A DNA stretch of 64,000 nucleotides from Desulfobacterales bacterium. Lineage in GTDB: Bacteria > Desulfobacterota > Desulfobacteria > Desulfobacterales > UBA2174. Position 1 is the stretch's first letter, and each line of letters opens with the position of its first letter. The position numbers and the translations under genes were made by a program. This document shows, piece by piece, positions 1 through 8,964 of the stretch. The stretch covers positions 256,001 to 320,000 of the forward strand of contig CAXXWC010000001.1 of NCBI GenBank assembly GCA_963668645.2, written 5' to 3'. The notes beneath the pieces are model-generated. The model had not been told where the DNA came from, made no database searches, and saw only the letters and a list, made by a program, of their open reading frames with translations.

Positions 1-659
1 CAAAACTTGCTCGGGGTAATCTCCATGATATGCTCGGCACCTCCGGCATAATCGAAACTGAACACCAGAAGCAGGAAAATACCGACAAAAAGAATGACCG
101 TCTGAATGGCGTCGGTGGTAATGGTCGACGGCATGCCGCCCATGTAGGTATACACGAAGATGAGTGCAAAGCCGATCAGGATGCCGGTCTGCAGGCTGAA
201 GCCGAAAAAGGTCTTGAAGATGGTGCCCATACCGATGAACTGGAGGGCCAGCACCGGAATCGCGTAAATCAGAATCTGAAACAGGGCCGGCACCACCGCC
301 ATGGACTTGCCGAAACGCAGGGCAAAGGCATCGGCTATGGTGTAGCGCTGAAGCCGCCGCAGCACCCGGGCAAAGCCCACCACAAAAACGATACTGAAGA
401 CCGCGCCGGGCAGCACCCAGAAGAAGAATCCGGTAACCCCCGAAGTGAATCCCATGCCCACATAGCCGATAAACACCGCCGCACCGCACCAAGTGGCCAC
501 GGTGGTACCGGCAATCTTCCAGAACCCCACTTTCCAGCCGGCAATCAGGTACTCGTCCACCGTTGTCATTCTTCGCGCGTGGTAAAAGCCGACACCGATC
601 ATGAAAGCAAAATAGCTGCACATATAAACCGCATAAATCAACACACTGGTCTTGTCCAT
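1..659 (-). CDS. Sodium:solute symporter (SSS) family protein, 3' part beyond window edge
   Basis: Not in the ORF track because it runs off the edge. ATG at 659 preceded by AAGGAGG. Translates MDKTSVLIYAVYMCSYFAFMIGVGFYHARRMTTVDEYLIAGWKVGFWKIAGTTVATWCGAAVFIGYVGMGF...YTIADAFALRFG, a typical SSS N-terminus. Confidence 0.8.
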   Translation of the reverse strand, partial: MDKTSVLIYAVYMCSYFAFMIGVGFYHARRMTTVDEYLIAGWKVGFWKIAGTTVATWCGAAVFIGYVGMGFTSGVTGFFFWVLPGAVFSIVFVVGFARVLRRLQRYTIADAFALRFGKSMAVVPALFQILIYAIPVLALQFIGMGTIFKTFFGFSLQTGILIGFALIFVYTYMGGMPSTITTDAIQTVILFVGIFLLLVFSFDYAGGAEHIMEITPSKF

Positions 660-718
660 CGTTCCTCCTTGTTCATGGGTTGTCTGACCATCAAAAATGC
701 CAAACGGCATTCACGGTT

Positions 719-2353
719 TCAGGCGTCGTGTCGATAGACACTTTTCCCCGCCAGGACGGTTTCCTCAACGGTGATGGATTTCAGGTTTTCAGGCGCGACG
801 GCCATGGGATTTTCGGACAGCACGATAAAGTCCGCCAACTTGCCCGTCTCAATGCTTCCCTTGCGGTCTTCTTCGAAGCTGCATTTGGCGGCGTTGCGGG
901 TGTAGGTTTTCAGAGCCTCGTAGACCGGAATGCGCTGGTCGGCGCCCAGCACCTCTCCTTGCCGGGTGATGCGGTTTACCGCCGTGTGGATGCTGAATAT
1001 GGGATCAGGCGGGGTCACGGGCATATCCGAATGCAGAACGAAATCCAGCCCCTGGTCCAGCGTAGTTTTAAGCGGATCCATGCGCGCGGCCCGTTCTGGC
1101 CCCAGAAAAATGGAGCGGTGCCGGTCGCCCCAGTAGTAGATGTGGTTGACGAAATAATTGGGAATGACACCTATGGCTTTCATCCGCCGGATCTGATCGT
1201 CCGAAGCCGCCTGGCAGTGGATGATCATATGGCGTCGATCGTTTTGCGGGCAAAGCCGATAGGCGTTCTCAAAAGCCTGGAGAACCGATTCGATGGCCCG
1301 GTCGCCGTTGGCGTGCAGGGCCACCTGGCAGCCGGCGCTGTGGTATTTGGCGACCATTTGATCGAGCACTTGCTGGTCGATGAGCAAATCCCCGCAAAAA
1401 TCAGGACGGCTGTGGTAGGGCTGGCCCAAGGCGCCGGTATAACCCTGGATGGAGCCGTCCTGCCAGGATTTGACCGACCCGACCCGGAGCATGTCCGAGC
1501 CGAAACCGGTGCGAATACCTTTGGCAAAAAGATCGCCAAACAGGGTCTCGATCAGGGTCATGTAGACGCGAAAAGGCAGACGCCCTGCCCGTTCCAGGGC
1601 ACCGTAGGCCTCGACAACCTGGCGGCCGTGTTTGAAGTAACCGATGCCACCGTCGTGAATTCCGGTGATCCCCACCCGGTGAAGATCGCCGGCCGCCTGG
1701 AGCATGGCGGTCTTGACCTGATCCGTGCTGAAAAGCGGAACATGCCCCATGACCATCTCCATGGCCCCCGGCTCAATCAGCAACCCGGTGGGGCGCCCCA
1801 GCGCATCCTTGTGGATTTGGCCATTTGCGGGCGACGGCGTGCCGGCCCCGATGCCGGCGATTTCCAACGCCCTGGAATTGACGTAGGAAAAATGAACCGA
1901 GATATGAAGAATCTGGACCGGGTTGTCGGGGGCCGCCTCGTCGAGATCTTCGCGGGTCAAATGGCGCTTGTCTTCGATCAGAGAATCGTCATAACCGTAC
2001 CCCTGGATCCATTCACCCGGCGCGGCGGCCACGGCCCGCGACCGAATCCGGTCCTTGAGTTCGGCGATGCTCCGGTTGGCCCCAACTGAACAGTCCACCC
2101 GCATCAGATTCATGGCGTAGGCCGAAAAATGATTGTGCGGTTCGATAAAACCGGGCAGAACCGTTCTCCCCCCCAGGTCGACCACATCCATCGTATCGTT
2201 GATAAATGCTTTGATTTCATCATCGTTTCCCACCCGGACAAACCGCCCCGCCCAGGTCATAAAGGCCGTGGCGGTCGTACCGGCCGGGTCCATCGTCAGG
2301 ACGTTGCCGTTGATATAGGCTTTCCATCTGTTGGGCATAAGGATCCCCCGCAT
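719..2353 (-). CDS. Amidohydrolase family 3 (YtcJ-like) metal-dependent hydrolase
   Basis: DLGGRTVLPGFIEPHNH, K-x-x-x-DGS, LHANGDRA, IIHCQ, HSDMPV and GSIETGKLADFIVL motifs. The start may be 2338. Confidence 0.9.
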   Translation of the reverse strand: MRGILMPNRWKAYINGNVLTMDPAGTTATAFMTWAGRFVRVGNDDEIKAFINDTMDVVDLGGRTVLPGFIEPHNHFSAYAMNLMRVDCSVGANRSIAELKDRIRSRAVAAAPGEWIQGYGYDDSLIEDKRHLTREDLDEAAPDNPVQILHISVHFSYVNSRALEIAGIGAGTPSPANGQIHKDALGRPTGLLIEPGAMEMVMGHVPLFSTDQVKTAMLQAAGDLHRVGITGIHDGGIGYFKHGRQVVEAYGALERAGRLPFRVYMTLIETLFGDLFAKGIRTGFGSDMLRVGSVKSWQDGSIQGYTGALGQPYHSRPDFCGDLLIDQQVLDQMVAKYHSAGCQVALHANGDRAIESVLQAFENAYRLCPQNDRRHMIIHCQAASDDQIRRMKAIGVIPNYFVNHIYYWGDRHRSIFLGPERAARMDPLKTTLDQGLDFVLHSDMPVTPPDPIFSIHTAVNRITRQGEVLGADQRIPVYEALKTYTRNAAKCSFEEDRKGSIETGKLADFIVLSENPMAVAPENLKSITVEETVLAGKSVYRHDA

Positions 2354-2377
2354 GTCGGTTTCAGATGAACAATCAAA

Positions 2378-2415
2378 AGAGCAATGGGTGTGCCAGAGAG
2401 CAATGGGTGTGCCAG
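2378..2415 (-). promoter_or_regulatory. Tandemly duplicated sigma-54 (-24/-12) promoter
   Basis: Perfect 19-bp tandem repeat (2378-2396, 2397-2415) reading CTGGCACACCCATTGCTCT on the minus strand, which matches TGGCAC-N5-TTGC. It lies upstream of the amidohydrolase and next to a sigma-54 activator gene. Confidence 0.8.
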
Positions 2416-2643
2416 CAGGCGCTTACCAAGTGGCAGGACGCTGATATTTCATGAGATCAGGCAAGCGGAAAGGCCAGTTACCCTCCGGCTGGAGGGTCAG
2501 GGGAAGCGGTCGATGTTTCGCGGCAGGAATCATATGTTCACCGCAAGTGAACGGATGATTCCCGAAAATGAAGGTTCGGAAAAACAGTGGCAGTCGCGGG
2601 AGGCTTCCAGGATGTTAAATTCTGGCGGGATGAATGGAGGCTG

Positions 2644-4074
2644 TCAAGCAGGCCAACCGGTCCTGGAAATGTTGTATTTTTTTAAAAGCAGGTAGAGTCG
2701 CGTTCGGCCCAGATCGCTGATCTGGCAGGCCTGCTTGAGGTTGCCTTTCGTGCTCATCATCAGATGGCGCAGATAGGTTTCTTCGGCCCGGGCGATGGCG
2801 TTGTCGCGAAACTCCCGCAAGCTGGGCAGCGCCGCCGGCACCTCCGGCAAAATTTCCGATACACGGATATCATCACCGGGGACGGCCGGCTTTTTAACGG
2901 CCGAACGGGTGACGTTGATACGAATCTGCTGGGGCAGATGCTGGGGGTAGAGCACCGAATCACTGCCGGCGTGATGGACCGCATCCTCGATGGCGCTGAT
3001 CAGCTCACGTGTGTTGCCCGGCCAGTTGTAACGACGCAGGGTCTCGAAAAAGTCCCGTGAAAACTCCTTGGGCGCCAGGCCATAAAGATTGAAAAATTGG
3101 CGTGCATAATGGCGGGTCAGGACCTCGATATCCCCCACCCGTTCCCTGAGAGGTGGAATTTCGATGGCGATCGTACGCAGCCGGTACAGTAGATCCTCCC
3201 TGAAAGTCCCCTCGCGGACCATTTGGTCCAGATTCCGATTGGTGGCGGATATCAACCGGAAGTCACTCTTTTGCTCTTTTTTGCTGCCCACCGGCCGGAA
3301 AGCGTGTTCTTGCAGGACCCGGAGAAATATCTTCTGGCTGTCCAGATTCAGCTCCCCGATCTCATCGAGAAAAAGGGTGCCGCCGTCGGCCAGCTTCACC
3401 AGCCCCTCGGCCGAATACTCCGCGCCGGTGTAGGCACCTCTTTCATGCCCGAACAAAACACTGGCGGCCAAAGACGTGGCCAGGGCAGCACAGTCGACCA
3501 CCACGAATCCCGCCCCGGCCCGCGGGCTGTTTTCATGCAGGGCCCGTGCGAAAAGCTCTTTTCCGGTGCCGGTTTCACCGGTGACCAGAATATTGGCCGT
3601 GGATCCGGCCGCCCGCCCCATGGCCTCGATGCATGCGATCAACTGCGGGCTCTGGCCGATGATCCCTTCCCGTTTGAAAGCTGCAACGCAGGTATCTTCG
3701 GTTTTAAGCTGGTCCCGATACTCCAGAACGTTGGTCAGGGGCAGTACGATGTTTTTGGGAGAAAGGGGTTTTTGGATATAGTCCCAGGCCCCGTTCTTGA
3801 TGGCCAGCTCGGCACTATCCGGATCGCCTGCGCCCGTGATGACGATGATTTCCGGCTGCGAGGGGGCTTCCTTGATCCGCTGCAGGGCCTCGATGCCGTT
3901 GCCATCCGGCATCCTGACATCCAGCAGCACCAAATCAACATCTCCGGTTGCCGCCGCTTTTTCTCCGGCCGCCAGGCTCAATGCGTAGCATGCATGGTAG
4001 CCGATGCTCTCGATCAGTTCGCTCAGCACCTCACAAAGAGATTGGTCGTCATCAATAATCAGTACCTTCGCCAT
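2644..4074 (-). CDS. Sigma-54-dependent response regulator (NtrC/AtoC family: REC-AAA+-HTH)
   Basis: REC (LIIDDD, LLDVRMPDGNG), GETGTGKE, GAYTGA (GAFTGA variant), LFLDEIG, WPGN.REL and a C-terminal Fis-type HTH. Start refined to MAKVLII. Confidence 0.92.
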   Translation of the reverse strand: MAKVLIIDDDQSLCEVLSELIESIGYHACYALSLAAGEKAAATGDVDLVLLDVRMPDGNGIEALQRIKEAPSQPEIIVITGAGDPDSAELAIKNGAWDYIQKPLSPKNIVLPLTNVLEYRDQLKTEDTCVAAFKREGIIGQSPQLIACIEAMGRAAGSTANILVTGETGTGKELFARALHENSPRAGAGFVVVDCAALATSLAASVLFGHERGAYTGAEYSAEGLVKLADGGTLFLDEIGELNLDSQKIFLRVLQEHAFRPVGSKKEQKSDFRLISATNRNLDQMVREGTFREDLLYRLRTIAIEIPPLRERVGDIEVLTRHYARQFFNLYGLAPKEFSRDFFETLRRYNWPGNTRELISAIEDAVHHAGSDSVLYPQHLPQQIRINVTRSAVKKPAVPGDDIRVSEILPEVPAALPSLREFRDNAIARAEETYLRHLMMSTKGNLKQACQISDLGRTRLYLLLKKYNISRTGWPA

Positions 4075-6238
4075 GGTCCGCCTCATATTTTTCAGACTGT
4101 TGCAGCTCGTCGATGACGATGTCGGCCAGTTCGTGAGCCCCCAGCGGTTTTTGCACGAATCGCCGCACCCCCGCCTTTTTCATGTCGCTTGTCAATGAGG
4201 AAGGGTTGAAACCGGAGCAGAGAATGATCGGCAGATGGGGGCGCAGCGTATGGATCTCTTCGGCCAGCTCCATACCGGTCAGCTCCGGCATGGTCAGGTC
4301 GGTAACCACGAGATCGAAGCGGTCGGTGTCCTGCCAGAAAACTTCCAGGGCTTCTACGCTGCTGGATATCGCCGTAACGGAATGTCCCAGGTGGCTCAGG
4401 GCCTCCTCGGCAAGTTCAGACAAAAGCGACTCGTCGTCAACGAAAAGAATCGATGCCTTTGCGCCGGCCCCGGCCGTCCGGGGGGCCTTCGAGGCCTCTG
4501 GCAGCACCCCCTGGTACTTAGGCATAAATATCGTGAACGCGCTGCCCCTGCCCGGTTCGCTGGCCACCTGGATGGTGCCACCAAGATCACGGACAACCCC
4601 GTGCACAACGGAAAGTCCCATGCCGGTGCCCACACCCCGCTTTCTGGTGGAAAAAAACGGTTCGAAAATATGCGGGATGATTTCCGGCGCCATGCCGTAA
4701 CCGCTGTCCCGGACCGAAATGGATACATAGGGGCCCGGAAGGGGATCCATGATCCGGTCCGGCGCGTCCGGCAGTGGTTCGCAGTCCGATAGGATGATCC
4801 GGAGGCTGCCCCCATTGTCCTCCATGGCATGAGCGGCATTGGCGCACAGGTTCATGAGCAGCCGATGAATCTGGATGGGATCGGCATAAACGACATCGTC
4901 AGTGGTTTGGTAGCGTTGGACGATAGAAACGGTGGCCGGAAAAGAAGCCCGAATGAAATCGACAGCCTCCTTGATAATCGGCGTCAGCGCGACCGGCAGT
5001 TTCCGGGACCCGGACTTACGGCTGAAGGTCAGGATCTGCTGGACCAGCCCCTTGGCACGGTAGGCGGCTTTCAGAACTTTTTGCAAATGTTTCTCAGCGC
5101 GCGAACCTTTTTCGATATCCAGCATTTCCATCAGCTCGCAATAGCCGATAATCGATCCCAAGGTGTTGTTGAAATCATGGGCGATCCCACCCGCAAACGT
5201 ACCGATGGCTTCCATCTTTTCAGCCTGAAGCAACTGGCGTTCCATTTTCTTGCGCTCAACCAGCTCCTTTTGCAGCTCGGAAGTCTTCTGGGCCACCTGG
5301 ACCTTCAGGGTGCGGTTCCAGAACAGGACCGTCAAAATACCGGCCAACACCAGGATCATCATCACCGCGGTGCCATACCAGAACCGTTTATCATAAATAA
5401 AAACACTGCGGTCCAGACGGATCCATTTTCTGTAAATGGCTTTTTTTTCCTTGTCCGTTATCACGGCCAGCCCCTTGACCATGATCCGGTTAAGCACCGG
5501 CAGGTCCTTGCGGGAGGCTAAGCAGAGCCGGTTGGGTTTGCCGGCCACACCGGCCAACCGCAAATTGGTCAACCCTTCGGTTTCGATCAGATAAGAAGCC
5601 GTGGCCAGGTTGATGATCATGGCATCGGCCTGATGAAAGGACACCAGACGCAGGCCGGCCAAGTCATTTTCCACTGGCTGCAGCAGGAGGTGAGGGAAAT
5701 TTTTCCTGAGATGTTCCTGGATGGCATACTTGTTGACGACTGCAATGCGCATCCCGCCCATGGCCTCAGGTCTCAGTTCCCCTCGTACTTCCTTGCGCAC
5801 GATAATAGCATGGGGAATATCGATATAGGGTTCTGTAAACAGGAGAAATTCGGATCGTTCCGGTGTTTGCTGGAAATTACACTTGAGGTCGATACGATCC
5901 TTTCGGATTTTTTGAAGAATCTCGGCTACATCATTTTCCGGAACCCGTTTGAACCGGAAATTGAGCCGCTGTTCGATGAGCTTGATATAGTCGCTTGATA
6001 TACCGGACCATTCACCATTTTGGTCCAAAAATTCCATAGGCGGAAACCGATCATACTCGGCCAGCACGATCTTCCCGCTGTTTTCCTTGAGCCATTGGCG
6101 TTCTTCCGGTGAAAATTTGACCTGAGGAATTTCATCGCGGCAGGCGGACAGGCAGAATATCAGCACAACCATCAAAAAAAACCCGGCAACCAATCGAAAA
6201 ACGCCCTGGCCCCCTGGCATTTGCCCTCCAAAAATCAT
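4052..6238 (-). CDS. Hybrid sensor histidine kinase (periplasmic solute-binding domain, TM, HisKA, HATPase, REC)
   Basis: N-terminal membrane anchor, SBP_bac_3-like region, TM helix, AGGIAHDFNN H-box, NLCANA, GTGMGLS and a C-terminal REC domain. Confidence 0.9.
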   Translation of the reverse strand: MIFGGQMPGGQGVFRLVAGFFLMVVLIFCLSACRDEIPQVKFSPEERQWLKENSGKIVLAEYDRFPPMEFLDQNGEWSGISSDYIKLIEQRLNFRFKRVPENDVAEILQKIRKDRIDLKCNFQQTPERSEFLLFTEPYIDIPHAIIVRKEVRGELRPEAMGGMRIAVVNKYAIQEHLRKNFPHLLLQPVENDLAGLRLVSFHQADAMIINLATASYLIETEGLTNLRLAGVAGKPNRLCLASRKDLPVLNRIMVKGLAVITDKEKKAIYRKWIRLDRSVFIYDKRFWYGTAVMMILVLAGILTVLFWNRTLKVQVAQKTSELQKELVERKKMERQLLQAEKMEAIGTFAGGIAHDFNNTLGSIIGYCELMEMLDIEKGSRAEKHLQKVLKAAYRAKGLVQQILTFSRKSGSRKLPVALTPIIKEAVDFIRASFPATVSIVQRYQTTDDVVYADPIQIHRLLMNLCANAAHAMEDNGGSLRIILSDCEPLPDAPDRIMDPLPGPYVSISVRDSGYGMAPEIIPHIFEPFFSTRKRGVGTGMGLSVVHGVVRDLGGTIQVASEPGRGSAFTIFMPKYQGVLPEASKAPRTAGAGAKASILFVDDESLLSELAEEALSHLGHSVTAISSSVEALEVFWQDTDRFDLVVTDLTMPELTGMELAEEIHTLRPHLPIILCSGFNPSSLTSDMKKAGVRRFVQKPLGAHELADIVIDELQQSEKYEADHGEGTDY

Positions 6239-6329
6239 GACGCTCTATCAAACACAGGATCCTGGCAAAGGCAAGTATCAAGATCTGAGGTGAATGATTT
6301 AGCTCATCTTTTGTCGGTGCCGGCAAATT

Positions 6330-7706
6330 TTACTGATCGCATCCCTCCACGCCGCCGCAGTCAAAATCCTGGCAGTCCATAAATCCGTCACCATCGTTGT
6401 CCAACCCGTCCGTGCAGGCCGCCGGCGTGTTCTCCTGACCGCATCCGCCAACGCCGGTGCAATCATAATCCTGGCAGTCGATAAAACCGTCGCCATCGTT
6501 GTCCAGACCGTCGCTGCACGTCTGTGCCGTGGTCTCCGTGCCGCATCCCTCCACCCCGTCGCAGTCAAAATCGTCGCAGTCGACAAACCCGTCGCCGTCG
6601 TTGTCCAGACCATCCGTGCAGGTTGCTGCCGTGTTCTCCGGAACGCAGCCCACAACACCGCCGCAGTCAAAATCGTTGCAGTCCACAAATCCGTCACCAT
6701 CGTTGTCCAACCCGTCCGTACAGGTCGCCGGCGTGTTCTCCTGACCGCATCCGCCAACGCCGGTGCAATCATAATCCTGGCAGTCGATAAAACCGTCACC
6801 ATCGTTGTCCAGACCGTCGCTGCACGTCTGTGCCGTGGTCTCCGTGCCGCACCCCTCCACCCCGTTGCAGTCAAAATCGTCGCAGTCGACGAATCCGTCG
6901 CCGTCGTTGTCCAGACCATCCGTGCAGGTTGCTGCCGTGTTTTCCGGAACGCAGCCCACAACACCGCCGCAGTCAAAATCGTTGCAGTCCACAAAGCCGT
7001 CACCATCGTTGTCCAACCCGTCCGTGCAGGCCGCTGGCGTGTTCTCCTGACCGCATCCGCCAACGCCGGTGCAATCATAATCCTGGCAGTCGATAAAACC
7101 GTCACCATCGTTGTCCAGACCGTCGCTGCACGTCTGTGCCGTGGTCTCCGTGCCGCACCCCTCCACCCCGTCGCAGTCAAAATCGTCGCAGTCGACGAAT
7201 CCGTCGCCGTCGTTGTCCAGACCATCCGTGCAGGTTGCTGCCGTGTTTTCCGGAACGCAGCCCACAACACCGCCGCAGTCAAAATCGTTGCAGTCCACAA
7301 AGCCGTCACCATCGTTGTCCAACCCGTCCGTGCAGGCCGCCGGCGTGTTCTCCTGACCGCATCCGCCAACGCCGGTGCAATCATAATCCTGGCAGTCGAT
7401 AAAACCGTCACCATCGTTGTCCAGACCGTCGCTGCACGTCTGTGCCGTGGTCTCCGTACCGCACCCCTCCACCCCGTTGCAGTCAAAATCGTCGCAGTCG
7501 ACGAATCCGTCGCCGTCGTTGTCCACACCATCCGTGCAGGTTGCTGCCGTGTTCTCGGAGACCATCCCCGCCACGACCTGCAAAGCATGAATCGCTTCTT
7601 CCAAACCGATTCTCTTGTCACCGTTGATGTCGTTGGCCATAACAGTTGATGCGTTGAGAACGGTAAAGGTGAGAAAGAATCCGAGCAAAAAGGACCTACC
7701 TTTCAT
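6330..7706 (-). CDS. Secreted Cys/Asp-rich repeat protein (signal peptide, dockerin/EF-hand-like motif, 12 x 34-aa repeats)
   Basis: Hydrophobic signal peptide, DINGDKRIGLEEAIHALQVVAG, then 12 units of C.DGLDNDGDGF.DC.D.DC.GV.GC. Confidence 0.8.
   Translation of the reverse strand: MKGRSFLLGFFLTFTVLNASTVMANDINGDKRIGLEEAIHALQVVAGMVSENTAATCTDGVDNDGDGFVDCDDFDCNGVEGCGTETTAQTCSDGLDNDGDGFIDCQDYDCTGVGGCGQENTPAACTDGLDNDGDGFVDCNDFDCGGVVGCVPENTAATCTDGLDNDGDGFVDCDDFDCDGVEGCGTETTAQTCSDGLDNDGDGFIDCQDYDCTGVGGCGQENTPAACTDGLDNDGDGFVDCNDFDCGGVVGCVPENTAATCTDGLDNDGDGFVDCDDFDCNGVEGCGTETTAQTCSDGLDNDGDGFIDCQDYDCTGVGGCGQENTPATCTDGLDNDGDGFVDCNDFDCGGVVGCVPENTAATCTDGLDNDGDGFVDCDDFDCDGVEGCGTETTAQTCSDGLDNDGDGFIDCQDYDCTGVGGCGQENTPAACTDGLDNDGDGFMDCQDFDCGGVEGCDQ
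6339..7556. repeat. Intragenic higher-order tandem repeat: 102-bp units arranged (ABC)x4, 306-bp period
   Basis: Near-identical 306-bp blocks; shadow ORFs recur at 6499, 6805 and 7111. Confidence 0.95.
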
Positions 7707-7820
7707 TTCATCTCTCCCTTCAGTTTGGAAATATAGAAGTGGAAAACAGATTCGCGAAATGGTCTTTCTTCAAAATACTATTGGCAAAAAATGGACGCCG
7801 ATTTGCATTAATGCAAAATC

Positions 7821-8291
7821 CTAAAGATGTTCCAATTCATATTGTTTTTCCTTGATCAGCCTGTCAACGGCATCAATCTGATTTCTCCAAAAACCCTTTC
7901 TCCTGGATGTCTTTGATGTATTCTTATTCCGATTGTATTGATTTTTTTGAGCCTCCAAATGTTTTATTTCATTTTTTAAGCGTGATTTTCTTTCTTCGAT
8001 TTCTCTATTTTGTGCTTCATTTTTCTGCTGTTCTATTTCCTTCTGGTCATCATGCGAATTATTCCCGCCCGGGGACTCCTGTTCACTCGGGCGTTGGTAC
8101 TTCCGAGGAGAGGTTTCCTTGAATTTCAACTCGTCCAGATCGGAATCATTGTGGCTGTTAGAAGGGGGGCGGTCTTCCATATGAACCACCCCGTCTTTAT
8201 CGGTCCACATGTAAACGTTCTGACCGTATCCTGGATGAACGATAAACGCTGAACAAAGAAGGATGATCACTCCCCGGCAAAATGATTTCAT
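7821..8291 (-). CDS. DUF4124-like exported protein
   Basis: Signal peptide followed by VYMWTDKDGVVHMEDRPP and a coiled-coil C-terminus. Confidence 0.75.
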   Translation of the reverse strand: MKSFCRGVIILLCSAFIVHPGYGQNVYMWTDKDGVVHMEDRPPSNSHNDSDLDELKFKETSPRKYQRPSEQESPGGNNSHDDQKEIEQQKNEAQNREIEERKSRLKNEIKHLEAQKNQYNRNKNTSKTSRRKGFWRNQIDAVDRLIKEKQYELEHL

Positions 8292-8332
8292 CTCGCCTCT
8301 CCTGTTTCAATTCCCTAAACTTTTCATAAATT

Positions 8333-8800
8333 TCAAGGATATCGGGGCCGATTCATCGAATCCTGGTAATAGGCTTCAAGGCCTTCTGCTCTGATCTTTT
8401 CGTTGACTTTCAGCCAGACCGTATTCAGCCTTTGGTCGAAATTGGTCTTGGCACATGGAAATTCACTGCACTGGAAGCAAAAATCGACCTGCTTTTGCTG
8501 GTGGCAGACGCGCACCCCGCAGTCCTTGAACAGCCTGCACTGCTCGTTGCGGCAGCCGCTGCAATTCGAAGAAGCCAAATAGTCGATCATTTCCATGAAA
8601 TTCGGATACTTTTTGAAAACCGGATCGCCGATCAACGTTTCGAAGCGCTTGGCATAAGCCTCGAAATTGCCAAGCCCTTCCTTGAGTTCCTGGCTGAGCC
8701 GGCGGATCTCGCCGTTGACATGGGCGAAGCATTTCACGCAGTTCAACCCACACGGTGCCAGGGCGGCCTTGATCTGTTCATAGTTCATGTTGTCCCCCAT
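8333..8800 (-). CDS. DUF3795-like Cys-rich protein
   Basis: APCGLNCVKC ... CSGCR..C...C.VR.C......FCFQCSEFPC pattern. Confidence 0.75.
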   Translation of the reverse strand: MGDNMNYEQIKAALAPCGLNCVKCFAHVNGEIRRLSQELKEGLGNFEAYAKRFETLIGDPVFKKYPNFMEMIDYLASSNCSGCRNEQCRLFKDCGVRVCHQQKQVDFCFQCSEFPCAKTNFDQRLNTVWLKVNEKIRAEGLEAYYQDSMNRPRYP

Positions 8801-8964
8801 CTACTCAAAAATGATACCTTTCTCATTGACAAGAGTGCAAAAAATGTGTCTAACGATGAAGATATTGCCGGTATGCATTTTAACACAGAAATTTTATGTT
8901 GTATATTTTTTTGAGGTCTTTGGTCCGGATTGAATCGATCTGTATTGAATCGAAAGGATAGCCG

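Noticed and set aside
6339..7556. Regular repeats as a possible CRISPR array
   Set aside because: The units are in-frame coding repeats of 102/306 bp with no unique spacers, and there are no cas genes.
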